Origin: Octopus sinensis
Lineage: Eukaryota
Reading direction: 5' to 3'
Assembly: GCF_006345805.1 (NCBI RefSeq)
Contig: NC_043019.1
Coordinates: forward strand, 19,219,360-19,283,359
Length of the DNA: 64,000 bases
Shown: piece by piece, positions 1 to 12,400 of the stretch
Numbering within the stretch: the first letter of the stretch is position 1
Layout: the number at the start of each line of letters is the position of its first letter
The notes under the pieces: model-generated
Seen by the model: only the letters and a program-made list of their open reading frames with translations
The model's database searches: none
Told to the model about the DNA's origin: nothing
Position numbers and translations under genes: made by a program

Positions 1-104
1 CTCATAGCTTTCTACCTGCTAATTGTCCAAGAATCCTTAAATCACTACAACAAAACTGTTCCCAGTTACTTTCTCCTTCCTTGAACTTTTTAAAGAATTT
101 TGCA

Positions 105-500
105 CACTGTGGTAAGTAGCTTGTTTACGAACCACATGGTTCCAGGTTCAGTCCCACTGTGTGGCATCTTGGGCAAGTTTCTTCTACTATAGCCTCAGGT
201 CGACCAAAGCCTTGTGAGTGGATTTGATAGACGGAAACTGAAAGAAGCCCGTTATATATATGTATATATATATATATGTGTGTGTGTTTATGTGTTTGTG
301 TTTGTCCACCCCCCAACATCGCTAGACAACCGATGCTGGTGTGTTTACGTCACCGTAACTTAGCGGTTTGGCAAAAGAGACTGATAGAATAAGTACTAGG
401 CTTACAAAGAATAAGTCGTAGGGTCGATTTGCTCAACTAAAGGCGGTGCTCCAGCATGGCCACAGTCAAATGACTGAAACAAGTAAAGGAGTAAAGGACT
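105..500 (+). mobile_element. tRNA-derived SINE (family A) with internal (TA)/(TG) microsatellite
   Basis: Head TGTGGTAAGTAGCTTG...GGTTCAGTCCC (A/B-box-like) and body GATTTGATAGACGGAAACTGAAAGAAGCCC. The same family recurs at 905-1324 (-), 54102-54240 and 55535-55870. Confidence 0.75.
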
Positions 501-731
501 CCATGATCTTCTTCGTTTGTGGTTCAACAAAAATACATGTCATGATTTTTATCTCAGAGGGCAAAACAGGTTTTCTGAAGCTACGACTTTGGTTTTACTT
601 GAAGGAAGTTTTGAAGGTAATTACAGGTTGCAGGCCCCTTTTCAGAAGCTGTAACAAACTGTTTCATAGGGTTCAGAGTTTTTAGTGCAATGTTGGGAAT
701 AACATTTTCCAGTGGTCCACAAATGACTCAC

Positions 732-795
732 ATTTGATGTTTCTTTCCATAGAAAACTTGGTCCACGGTGGTCAGCACCACAGTGTCTCTGCTGT
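732..795 (-). other. Isolated candidate antisense exon (64 nt)
   Basis: The minus strand reads TTTTTGCCTTTCAG|...|GTGAGT. One open frame gives SRDTVVLTTVDQVFYGKKHQ. No partner exons were found. Confidence 0.2.
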
Positions 796-904
796 CTGAA
801 AGGCAAAAATAGCAGGAAAACTGCTCAATGATTTGATCAATTATTTTGGCTTCACAAAGCCAATTGCTAAGCAAATGTGTGAGTCACAAATCAACAGATG
901 TACT

Positions 905-1324
905 CTTTACTCTCTTTTACTTGTTTCAATCATTTAGCTGTGACCATGCTGGAGCACCGCCTTTAGTCGAACAAATCGACCCCAGGACTTATTCTTTGTA
1001 AGCCTAGTACTTATTCTATGGGTCTCTTTTGCCGAACTGCTAAGTTACAGGAACATAAACACACCAGCATCAGTTGTCAAGTGATGTTGGGGGAGGGGAC
1101 AAACACAGACACACAAACATATACACACACATGTATACATATATATATATACATATATACGATAGGCTTCTTTCGGTTTCCATCTACCAAATCCACTCAC
1201 ATGGCTTTGGTTGGCCCAAGGCTATAGTAGAAGACACTTGCCCAAGGTGCCACGCAGTGGGACTGAACCCAGAACCATGTGGCTGGTAAGCAAGCTACTT
1301 ACCACACAGCTACTCCTGCGCCTA
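905..1324 (-). mobile_element. tRNA-derived SINE (family A), inverted relative to the copy at 105-500
   Basis: Reverse complement of the head and body of the 105-500 copy. Confidence 0.75.
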
Positions 1325-2036
1325 TGGGAACCTTTAATTAGAAACCCATGACTATAAAAACAAGGTTTAAAGTTTATAATTTTCGTAATGTAATTGTCTT
1401 CTAGAGCAATAATATAGTAAATATAAATATTTTTTTCGTGTTAACATGCTGTAGGCAGGTTGGTGTACATGAGTTCAATCCCTGCATGAGTCAAGCTGGA
1501 TATAAATGGTTGAAGGGTATTACCCTAGCATTATCACAGTTGTAAGAAGAATATCTTTAGTCAGGATTTAATAATGGATCCAGTTCCAAATTCCATGAAC
1601 ATTATTAGGTATAAACAGCCACTTGAAGAAGACTGGTGTACACAAGAGTAAAAAGATTGTGACTCTAACAACTAAGTCCAAATATATCAGAGTACAAAAT
1701 AATACTTTCTGATTTCAGCACAAAGCCAGCAATATTAAGAAGAGGTGACAATCAATCACGTCAAAGTACTTCATCTCTACAGTGTTTTGTCATCCCTGAA
1801 AGAATTGAAAATAAAACTGAACTGAGCAGGATTTGAACTCAGAGTCCAGAGAGTCAGAACGAATGCAACAGAACATTTTATTCAATGTTCTAAAGACTCT
1901 GCTAATCCACCACTCTGCTAATCCACCACCCTGCTAATCCACCAACCTGTATATCAGAATACAATAATGATAATCCTTCATCTTAGAAATTAAATTCACA
2001 ATCACAGACATGTGCCCCCCCCCACCCCATCATCAT

Positions 2037-2067
<31 letters not shown>

Positions 2068-2242
2068 AGCAGCATCACCATCATCATCATATAATCCCCT
2101 TCTTCATGTTGTTACCATTTCTCTCTTTCTCTTCACCTCTCACTGCCACTAAGCATGTGATAGCATAATGCATTAGATGGTCTAATGTCTCTACTCTCAC
2201 TTTATCTGTTCTCTCCTCTCTCTCTCTCTCTCCCTCTCTCTC

Positions 2243-2298
<56 letters not shown>

Positions 2299-3178
2299 GA
2301 TCACTCCCTTCAACTAACCTTTTAATCATGTAGTAACTATTACTTTCCTCTTACCTCATGTTATTACCACATCTCTCTCTCTCTCTCTCTCTCTCCCTCT
2401 CTTTTCCTCTCACTCTTCACCTCTCCCTTCAAATAACTACACAACAGCATAATGCTCTCCGTCTTGGCATCTCTTAACAGATGGACGCTGAACATCTGAC
2501 AAAATAAACAGAACTGTAGAAAAGTAATGAGATTCTCCAGAAACAAGGAGAAGATGTCAGCCCTTGCTTAAAGAGTTGTTAGTGGTAACTTTGCAGACGA
2601 GTGATTAGGAGAAGGAAAAGATATCTAATTGTAAAGAAAAAAGGACTTCAATGAAAGCTAGAATGCAAACATTGGAAAATGAATACAAAACAGTAAAATA
2701 AAAAAAAAATTACAAAAATTTCCTTAATGTCAGCCACACCAAAGCCCCAAGAGTTTGTCCATAACAATTAGCAAAATCCAAAAGTAGAACTGAACTAAGA
2801 ATTGTAAGATAACAAACCATTTGTTAATTCTTAGGGAAACTAAAGCAATGTTTCTGCCCCGTAGTAACTACTTTCAGCTGAAAGGAGTGGATCAATTGAG
2901 AGTTTAGTATCGTTGTCATAGAGACAATGAAATACCAGTGTCAAGGAAGAAATCACTGACCTCAGGCTGGTTGTCCAGTATTTTCGCCATCTACACATTC
3001 ATGTTGTCTGCACTTTGTGGTTAATCAAAAAGAACTAATCACTCTTGACACTTTTTCCTTCTCCAATGTCATTAGTTAGGGATCAGTCCCTCATTATCAC
3101 TTGCCTTACAATTATAGAGCATTGGGGGTCGTTAAATAAGAAGTAATCTGTGCTATGTTTGACTTTCTTTAATTTCAG

Positions 3179-3412
3179 CCACAGCAGGGTCAACAGAGAC
3201 CCCTGAGCCGCAAAAGGAGGGTAAAGCTGTTGAAACTGTGAGTGTGCAGACTGAGGAGACAGCTGCTGACAGAGAAAAGCCGGTACTGTACGATATCAAC
3301 ATCCAAGAACATGCACGGCCAGAAAATACACCACTTCGTATCAATTTCAACCTGCCTCCGCACACTTGTCCAAAATCAGTATCTGAACCTACTCCAGAGG
3401 AGGAATCTCAAG
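3179..3412 (+). CDS. QT-repeat exon 1 (234 nt): ...KAVETVSVQTEE...YDINIQ...TPLRINFNLPPHTC...
   Basis: Acceptor TTTCTTTAATTTCAG ends at 3178; donor CAAG|GTATTT; 78 open codons. Confidence 0.8.
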
Positions 3413-6400
3413 GTATTTATCCCATTGGACTCTCTGTCTGATTGTGTGTCTGTCTGATGATCACTTGGTCTTACTATTATATAAGTGTCAAAAATATATT
3501 ATTGTAAAGTGCCTTCACAGTTTTAAAAGGATTCTATCACTGTATTGCATGAGATGGAGATTTTTGTGAACAGATCTGCCAGAAATTACTCAAAATTGTA
3601 CATTTCCAAATAAATCACCAACCTTTTAATGAGCACCTTTGCCAAAATCTTAAAATTCTTGTTGAGTTCAGCTTTAGGTCATTGCATCATCCCCTGCAAC
3701 TATTGTACTTAGCTGTTTAGTCCAGAATCTGTTTTTTTTTTCAGAAATACATCAACTAGACATCCAAATTTTATATAGAAATGCTGAACTAGATGAATGT
3801 TACCATGTACCATTGTCTTATCTTTTATAATTATAGGAGACAAACAGACCTAATCAATGCTATGTTTGACTTTCTTTCATTTCAGCTACACCAGAATCAT
3901 CTGACTCACAAAAAGAAGATCAAGTTACTGGTGGTGTGGGTGTACAAACTGTTGAGACAGGTGATGATAGGCCGAAACCAGTGCGGTACAAGATCAACAT
4001 CCAAGAACACGAGCGCCCAGCTTCCTCACCACTCCATATCACTGTGAACCAACCTCGTCATACCTGTCCAGCATCAACAGGTCAATCCCCTCCAGGTAAC
4101 ATTTGGATTCTCTGTCCAACTCTGGCTCAGTCAGTCTGTCTTTGTTTGATCATCCGAACACCAGCTCCAATGTCTGTCTCTTTCATTGTTTGTATAACTG
4201 TCCATCAATTTGTTGATTCATCTGACGTCAGCTCAGTTGTTCAACCATGCACGCCCGTTTAACCTTCACTTATAGAAGTGTTGGGAATAATAAAAAAGAA
4301 TCATTTAAAAAAATAGATAAACTACAAAATACAAAACTCCTCAAAACAAATACTTCGAGAAGGGGCCAAGATATTTCCTTTCTAAAGGATTCATGGTGAT
4401 GACTTCACAGTTAAGGATTGGGGAAATATCCAGTTGTAAAGATGCCCCCCACCCCATCCAAAAAAGAACTTAAATGCAAATAGTGAGAGAGAGATATAAA
4501 ACACTAAAATAAAAAAAAATAATTAACTTAAAAACTTCCTTAATTTCAGCTAATTTCAGCTAAACCAAAGCCTTTATGGGTTCAATAGAATTAAAACAAT
4601 ACCACTTTTCATTTTCTCTCTCTTGTATCTATGATGTTTAATAGGAATCTCTCATGCATAAGGAGTATTCCCAATGTGGTGGTGGATGTATATTAAATGT
4701 TGTATAGGCTGTGGCATATACCACACATCACACACAGCTTTTAATCATAATCAGAGGGCAGATCTAATTACTAAATTGGACCTAGATAATTAATGTGTTC
4801 TTAGATGAAGCGGATTACTGGAATGGTTTGTCCTGACTCAAAGGTAGAATTGAACTTAGCACCATACGATAACGAACCACTCGTTAATTATGCAGTGTCC
4901 TCACAGCAGACAGCAGAGAGATGTTTCTAGCCTACATCAGCTACTTTCAGTTTGGTGGAGTGGACCAATTGAGAGTTAACTATTATTGCCATGGTGACAA
5001 TGATATACCAGGTATAGGAGATGAACCTTTGACCTTGGGCTGATTGCCCAATATTCTGGACATTTCCACATCTACATCCTATGAATATTTGTGGTTAGTA
5101 AAAATAAAACAAAACCTGCACCGGAGTCACAACTTTGTACAGAAGTGATGAATGACACAACTTCACATTGCTTCTCCCCATCACCAGAATAACACTTTGG
5201 GTTCAATCAAAAAGAGCCAATCAATATTTGTAGGGTTTTCATATCAATCCACACCAACTGAATATAGAAACACATTATTACAAACTAGCAATAACATCTC
5301 TCTTAAAGCTAGACAACCTTATGATTAATTTCAGCTACACCACAGCCGGCCGAAAAGCCTAGAATTATGAAGGACCTGAGTGTACAGACAGGTGAGAATG
5401 GTGCTGAAAAGTCAAGCCCAAACCAGTACCAGTTCAATATGCCAAAGCAGTCAGGTCCGGGATCCTCACCAATAAGTATCCATGTGAATGTACCGCCTCA
5501 TGACTGTCAATCATCAATGTCATCAACAGTTAAACGGCCGTCAATCAGAGACAGTCCAGGTAAGTAAATTGGTCCAGTGGAGTTGTGTGTTTGTGTTGTA
5601 GTGGAAATGGTACTCCCCTTCCCCTGTATCAAAGTCAGAGAGGTCAGTAGAAGTAGAGTCGTTTGAATGAGTCATTCTCAGTTGGAGTCAGAGTCAGTTA
5701 TGTGTTGTACACGAGTTCGAGTTACTGTCAAGGTAGCCGTTTAAAAGTCATTGTCTTGCAGAGCTATCAGCAAAAGCATGATAGACGAGTCACAGATAAT
5801 AGACGTGGAATGCCACTGCAACATAATAGTGGCAACAAGGATATAAACAATTCATGTGGACAAAGTTGAAAAAAAAGATTTTTTCACAAGAAAATAAACA
5901 ATTCATGCAGACGACATTGAAACATTTTTCTCATGGACAAATTAAAAACTCAACAGAGGAATAACGAATATTTTTGTCATATATATTTTACAAAAATCCA
6001 TAAAATTATGGGATACTTTTAGAGGGTTTAGTTGAGTTGCAAAAACTGAAACAACAACAAATGTTACAGCAACAAATGCTGCAACTAATGAAGTTGGTAA
6101 GAAAACCCCAAAAATACATTTTCGCCAGACCACGTAGCAAATTCAATAAATGAACGAGAAATACCTATTTCTTTACTGCCCACAAGGGGCTAAACATAGA
6201 GAGGACAAACAAGGACAGACAAACGGATTAAGTCGATTACATCAACCCCAGTGTGAAACTGGTACTTAATTTATCAACCCCGAAAGGATGAAAGGCAAAG
6301 TCGACCTCGGCAGAATTTGAACTCAGAACGTAATGACAGACGAAATACTGCTAAGCATTTCGCTCGGCGTGCGAACGATTCTGCCAGCTCGCCACCTTAA

Positions 6401-9400
6401 ATAAATTTAAATATGACTTGGAAGAAGGAGTCACCTTCAAGGTATATTACTGAAGATTTGAACAAATGTTCAAAAAACAACTGTCAACACTGGACAGATG
6501 AAATGAAAACGCATCTAATTCTGAGGAAACTGACAATGACAGAGCAAGAAAAATACTGTCACTTTGATTGCCTAAAAAGTTTCTGACAAAAGTTTCACAG
6601 ACACAATTGACATTTTATGTAGGATGTTTAGTGAAAAAACATCCTTGTTCAACACATGTTGGAAGTGTTTGAATACTGAGAAAAGCAATGGCGAAGACTT
6701 TACCACATGTGAGGAGAGTGAACTGAGAGTGCAAGAGATTTAAACTGGATAAACTAACTCCAGACTCTTTCAAGTGATTGATTTTTGTTCAAGGACTTAC
6801 TGATAAAATGGACGTAGAAGTCAGAACGAAAATTCTCACAAATTAGAAATGAACCAGGATATAACTCCCCAGAAACTGTCAGAAGAGTGCAATATGATGT
6901 TAAAAGGCATAGTACAGAAGAAATCCAATGCAGAGATTATTTACAGATAAAACCAGTGTGGAAAAGTCGGAAGACAGGTAAAGTGTTTCACAAAAACACA
7001 CGCTATATAACAGGAGGTAAACCATGCATGGTATGCGGTGGTAGGCACCTGAGAAAAGAGGGTCCATTCAAAAAAGCGAAGTGTTTTCATTGTGGGAACA
7101 CAGGACACATTAAATCATACTGCAGAACTAAGATGATGAAAAATTGGTCCAAACAAGAAAAAGCAGAGTTTGTCATCAGAGAAAAGAGTTTGTACAATGA
7201 ACAAGAAATTCATAAAAGTGAGAATCGAAAGTCCTTGTGTGAAAATGTAATTAGACACAGGTAATTAGACACAGGTAATTAGACACAGGTAGTGACATAA
7301 CTATCATAAATGAAGAAACATGGCAACAAATCAAAAAACCAAAATTATTTAAATCAAATAAAGTAGCAAATAGTGTTACAGGAAAGGAATTATATTTGCA
7401 ATGGAATTTTTCAAGGTGAAATGAAAAGGACAATCATTTATGAGTTGAAAAAAATCACTAAATGCATGGAGTTATTTAAAATGTGGGATACCTCATTAGT
7501 GTTCTCTGTGAAAAATGTAGGTGGCACAGTTAAAAGTTCAAATGACGTTGAACAACTGAGACAAAAAATTCAAAAATTGTTTTCAAATGTTTTTTTGGAA
7601 GGATTAAGCTGTTGCACTAAAACAAAAGTGAGGATCATGGTAAAAGAAAAGGCCACACCCATTTTTAGGCCCAAACTGAATGTGCCATTTGTGGCATAAG
7701 ACCACGTTAATAGAGAGTTGGAAAGACTAGAAAGTCTAGCTATAATTGAAAAAGTCAACCGTTCAGACTGGGCAGCTCCGACGGTTTATGTAAAGAAAAA
7801 ATGCTAAAAAGGGAGGAGGGGTGAGTATAGGGAAAATGATACTCCCCTTCCCATGTGATATGGTGGTATGATCGAGCCACTATAAAGTCAGAGAGGTCAG
7901 TAGTAGTGGTAGAGTGATATGAGTTCTCAGTTGGAGTCAGTGTCAGTTATGTGTTAAATAGGAGTTTGAGTCACCGGTGGCAACGTAGATGTTTCAAAGT
8001 CATTGTCTTGTTGAGCTATCAGTGATTGCATGATAGACAAGTCAAAGATAATAAGATGCAAAATAGCCCCAAAAATATAAGAGTGGTGACAAGAATATTA
8101 CAGTGCCAACAATAACATACAAGATTATAACAGTTTGTCAGTTTCTTTTTCTTTCTTTTTTTTATTGACTCATTGAAAATCTGATTCCATCTTTGGTGTT
8201 TGATCATGTTTGGTTATTTGATACCCCAACTACCCAGCATGTATGTCTGTCTAGTTATTTGTCTGACTTTATAACTGTTTGTTCCTCTGATGTCAGCTTA
8301 ATTGTCATAGTCTTTTTGTCTGACCTCTGACACCTTGCCTCATTTTATTGTTACTAGCCAAACTACTTCTCTTCTCTTCCCCAAATTTCCCCTTTTCGTC
8401 CCCTATGCTTATCCCTTGTTACCCCGTTCCCATCCTCACTGCCCTACTCACTGTATCATTTGCTATCCTCTAGTCTCCCAACCCTTCTACATATCCAGCT
8501 TTTCACCAGTCACTGCTTTCTCCACCCCACACTCTGCATCCATGTCAAGTCTCTATTCCCTTCTTACACTCATTTCGCAACACCTTCTCATTTAGAGAAA
8601 GGGACAGTACTTATAGTTTTTACAGGTGTTCTGAGATTGCTGAAGCTGATTTCTCTTAAACCATTGCAAATTAACACCTGTCACCTAATTATCTAATTAT
8701 CAGTCAGTCTGGCAGCATAGTTCTTGTCAGAAGTAATGTTAGTCCATACAGTTCTTGTCTTTAGAAATACTTGTCCATCAGTTTCAATGTAAATCCTTGA
8801 CTCACCTATATTCAGATTGCATGCTGAATGGTTTTGTTGCTTTGTGTGCATCTCAGACACACTCAGTTAATGACACTTCAAGTAGCAAAGTCTGATTCCA
8901 CTCCAACACTGTCAAGCCAAAAGTTTCTGGAAATTATCTGTAGTCTCCAAGTTGAAATTCCTCCAGAACTGACCAACCATTTGATGCTTAAAAGTCTTTT
9001 ATGGAAGCTATCTTAGTGAGAATTTCTCATGGTTGAGGAACATGACTATTTGGTAGTTGATGCACCATTTAATGTTACACACCTTGCACATCATATACTT
9101 CTTTTAATCGGAATCCAAATCCAAATCCAATGGCCTGACTGGACCTAGATAATTAGTGTTCTTCAGACTGAAGCTAATTCTTCTCCAGACCCAGAAGAAT
9201 TGGATCAGTACTGGTAAGATATCTTGCAAACAACTTGCACATGCAAGTGCTACCAGTTAAAAGCTCCGCATATCGGAAGCTAGCAAGTGTATGAGGTCAT
9301 CAGGAGAGAATGCGCGCCGTTTCGGGGCCTACCTCTCGACGGCATCAATGCGCACCGGCCCCCCCTCACTGATATGAGGCCCCGCTTGCTAGATCAGCTG

Positions 9401-12400
9401 GTTATGAAGAACTCAATATACTTCTAGCCATCGCTCATCGTCTCTTTTTAACCAAATCCAGTGGTCATGGTGGTATTGACTTTACGATGAGTTAGGCCTA
9501 ACGATAACAACAGTCGTCTCACATTAACAAACCACTTGTTAATTCTATAGTGTTGCCACAGATGATAGCAAAGAAATGTTTCTACCCTGTGGTAATTACT
9601 TTCAGCCGGATGGGGTGGATCCATTGAGAGTTAAGTATTATTGCCAAGCAGTTATTGAAGTACCGCTGAGCTCTCATTGGCGAGCCAGTTTTGTAACCAT
9701 TTGCACATCCATTCTCTCTCTGGACATTATGGTCAACAAAAAAGAAATTGAAAAGTAAAACACAAGTCACTGCTGTATTTTCATTTTTCATTTTTTTAAA
9801 AAATTTCAGCTACACTAGAGTCTATTTTTATGTTTATGGGATAAATATCAGTTTCAAATTGCCTCTTCTCCTACAACTCTAATGCTTTGTATGGGGTCAT
9901 CCCATAAATAATGCGGTTTTTTTTCAATTGCATGAAGTAAAAGTTGGAGGGGGTGGGATAATCTACCTGCATCAACTTGCTATAAAACCAGGTAGTAATT
10001 TTAACTTGTACTGATTCTTACTGCAAGTTTTGAAGAGTTCAGTTCGATTTTAACAGTTATTTTGTCAAAGCTATCATGGAAGTGACAAGGGAGAATATTT
10101 GGCATATTTTGCTTTATGAGTTCAATAAAGGCAACAAAGCAATGGAAAGTGTGAGGAATATTAATGTGGTATAAGGGGATCGGACAATAAGCATAAGACA
10201 GTGTCAATGGTGGTTCCAGAATTTCCAAGCCGGAATCTACAGCCTAGCAGATGAGCCTCATCCTGGAAAATCTGCAGAGCTTAGCAAGGATGTCCTGCAA
10301 ACCCTGGTGGAACAAAATTTCATTGTAACTGTTGAGGAACTAGCAGAGAAGGTTGGATTTGGTCATTCAACTATTCAACCCCAGCGTGCCATCAGAAAAG
10401 TCAGCAAATAGAGTCAATGGGTTCCTCATAAACTTTCCAAGGTTAATTGCGTGCATAGAATGAATGTATGCTCTTCTTTGCTGTTGCACCCCATGAATGA
10501 ACCTTTTTTGGATCAAATAGTGACAAGTGACAAGAAATGGATTCTCTATAAAAATGTCAAGTGCCGAAGACAGTGGGTAAGGAGAAACACTGGTACCCCG
10601 GGCTAAAGAAGGCCTTCCCCCCACATAAGGTGTTGTTATCTGTTTGGTAGGATATGAAAGGCTTAGTCGACTTTGAACTTTTAAATCCAAACCAAATGAT
10701 AACAAAGGAGATCTACAGTGAGCAGCTTGAGAGGCTTAAGTCAGCGCTAAAAGAAAAATGACCATCTTTGGTTTCAAGGCAAAAGGTGTTCTTCCATCAG
10801 GATAATGCTTAGCCACATACAGCAAGGATGACATTCCAAAGGCTGGAGCAGGTTGAATGGGAAACGATGCCCCACCCACCATATTTGCCAGACATTGCCC
10901 CATCTAATTAGCATTTATTCTGCAGTTTTCAAAATCATTTGGATGGAAAAAATATGAATTTTGTAGACAAGGTCAGAACAGTACTGGAGGAATATTTTTC
11001 ATCACAGACAAGGGAATTTTGGAAGAGGGGCCTTGTAAGTCTACCAGACAGATGGAAGAGCATTGTAGAAAATGAAGGAGAGAATATTTTAGATTAAAAA
11101 AGAACTTTGCTTATCTTAATTTTGAAAAATAAAAGAAGTTTAAAAATCTGCATTATTTATGGAATGACCCAAAAGTTAAATAAAGAAGAACCAATCAATT
11201 TGTAGTAGATCTTGCATGTATGAAGTGGATTCGATCCACCATAGCCAAATTTAAGTTAACACTGCAACAGAACTTTTCCCACGGTGGAACAATGGTTTTT
11301 CTCTGACAGCAGTTTTTACATTTTCCAGATGCCTTTAGCTAGGCCGAAATAATGTCTTCACCATTTGACCCTTTCTAACCTCTTCTACTTCACCAAAATA
11401 GAGATAACAAGACCACTAACTAAATCTATTGTTCTCAATGATATATCTATTCTTCTGGATAGTTATAAAAGCAAGAACACCCTAAGCAGAAATCAGTCAG
11501 TGATGACTCAATGAGTCCAGTTACATGGTGACAACTCAACCAAGTAGTCACTAGGTGACAACTGAGCGAGGCGGCTTGTGATGACTCAATTAGTTAGGGA
11601 ACGGACTGCTAGAATCATGATGACAAGGAATGCAGCTACTAAAGACAATGGTCAGCGAGAGAAATGAAATTTACTGTCAGCAACTGTGAGACAATATCCC
11701 ACAACCCTACAACTCTCTCCAGCTCCAATTCTGTTCTCTTACAACATCTATCGCTGTCTGTGGATTACTACTAACAATTTGTGTATGCCAAACTATGCAA
11801 AAAAAAAAATTCTACCACATCCAACTTTCTTTCGCATGCTCTCTGATGTTATAACCTGCCTGTCAAGGTATGGTATTTTTCAACGTAATGGTAAATAAAT
11901 ACTTTCTTAAAACTTCATGCATTGTTCATCTTTCACATCCTACAGTATGCAATTATAATAACAAATTTTTATCGTTACAACTGCTGACTCCGACATTTCA
12001 TAATATTGTTTACTAATCAATCTTATTCGTTACAATTGGTAAATACTCTAATTAAAACCTAACCATTACAAATTCCATGTGCAAACCTCCTGTATTTCAT
12101 CCACAACTAGAGACCTCATACACTGAATAAAGAAGTGCATAGTGGTCTGATGGTTACAGCATCACATTGCCTTTTCTTTTACAACTACAGAACTTGTGAT
12201 TAATTTAAAAGAATTCATCAATGCTGTGTCTGAAACTTTTATTTAATTCAGCCCCATTATGATTAACCATGAGGGTTAATCCTAATGTAAGATATTTAGA
12301 AATAGTTATGGAGCTGAATGTCACAATACCTCATTGCTTTTTCACCTTAAAACTACAAAATATAAAGAACTAATTAGTATTATGAAGAACTAATTAGTGT

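Noticed and set aside
2480-2700. Possible upstream coiled-coil exon (MDAEHLTK*TEL*KSNEILQKQ...MKARMQTLENEYK)
   Set aside because: Several in-frame stops and no convincing donor; it cannot be called an exon or a start.
8790-9020. Minus-strand donor AG|GTGAGT near 8805
   Set aside because: All frames from the candidate acceptors tested contain stops.
11500-11600. Clustered TGACTCA (AP-1-like) sites
   Set aside because: Short motifs without any conservation or expression evidence; possibly repeat-derived.
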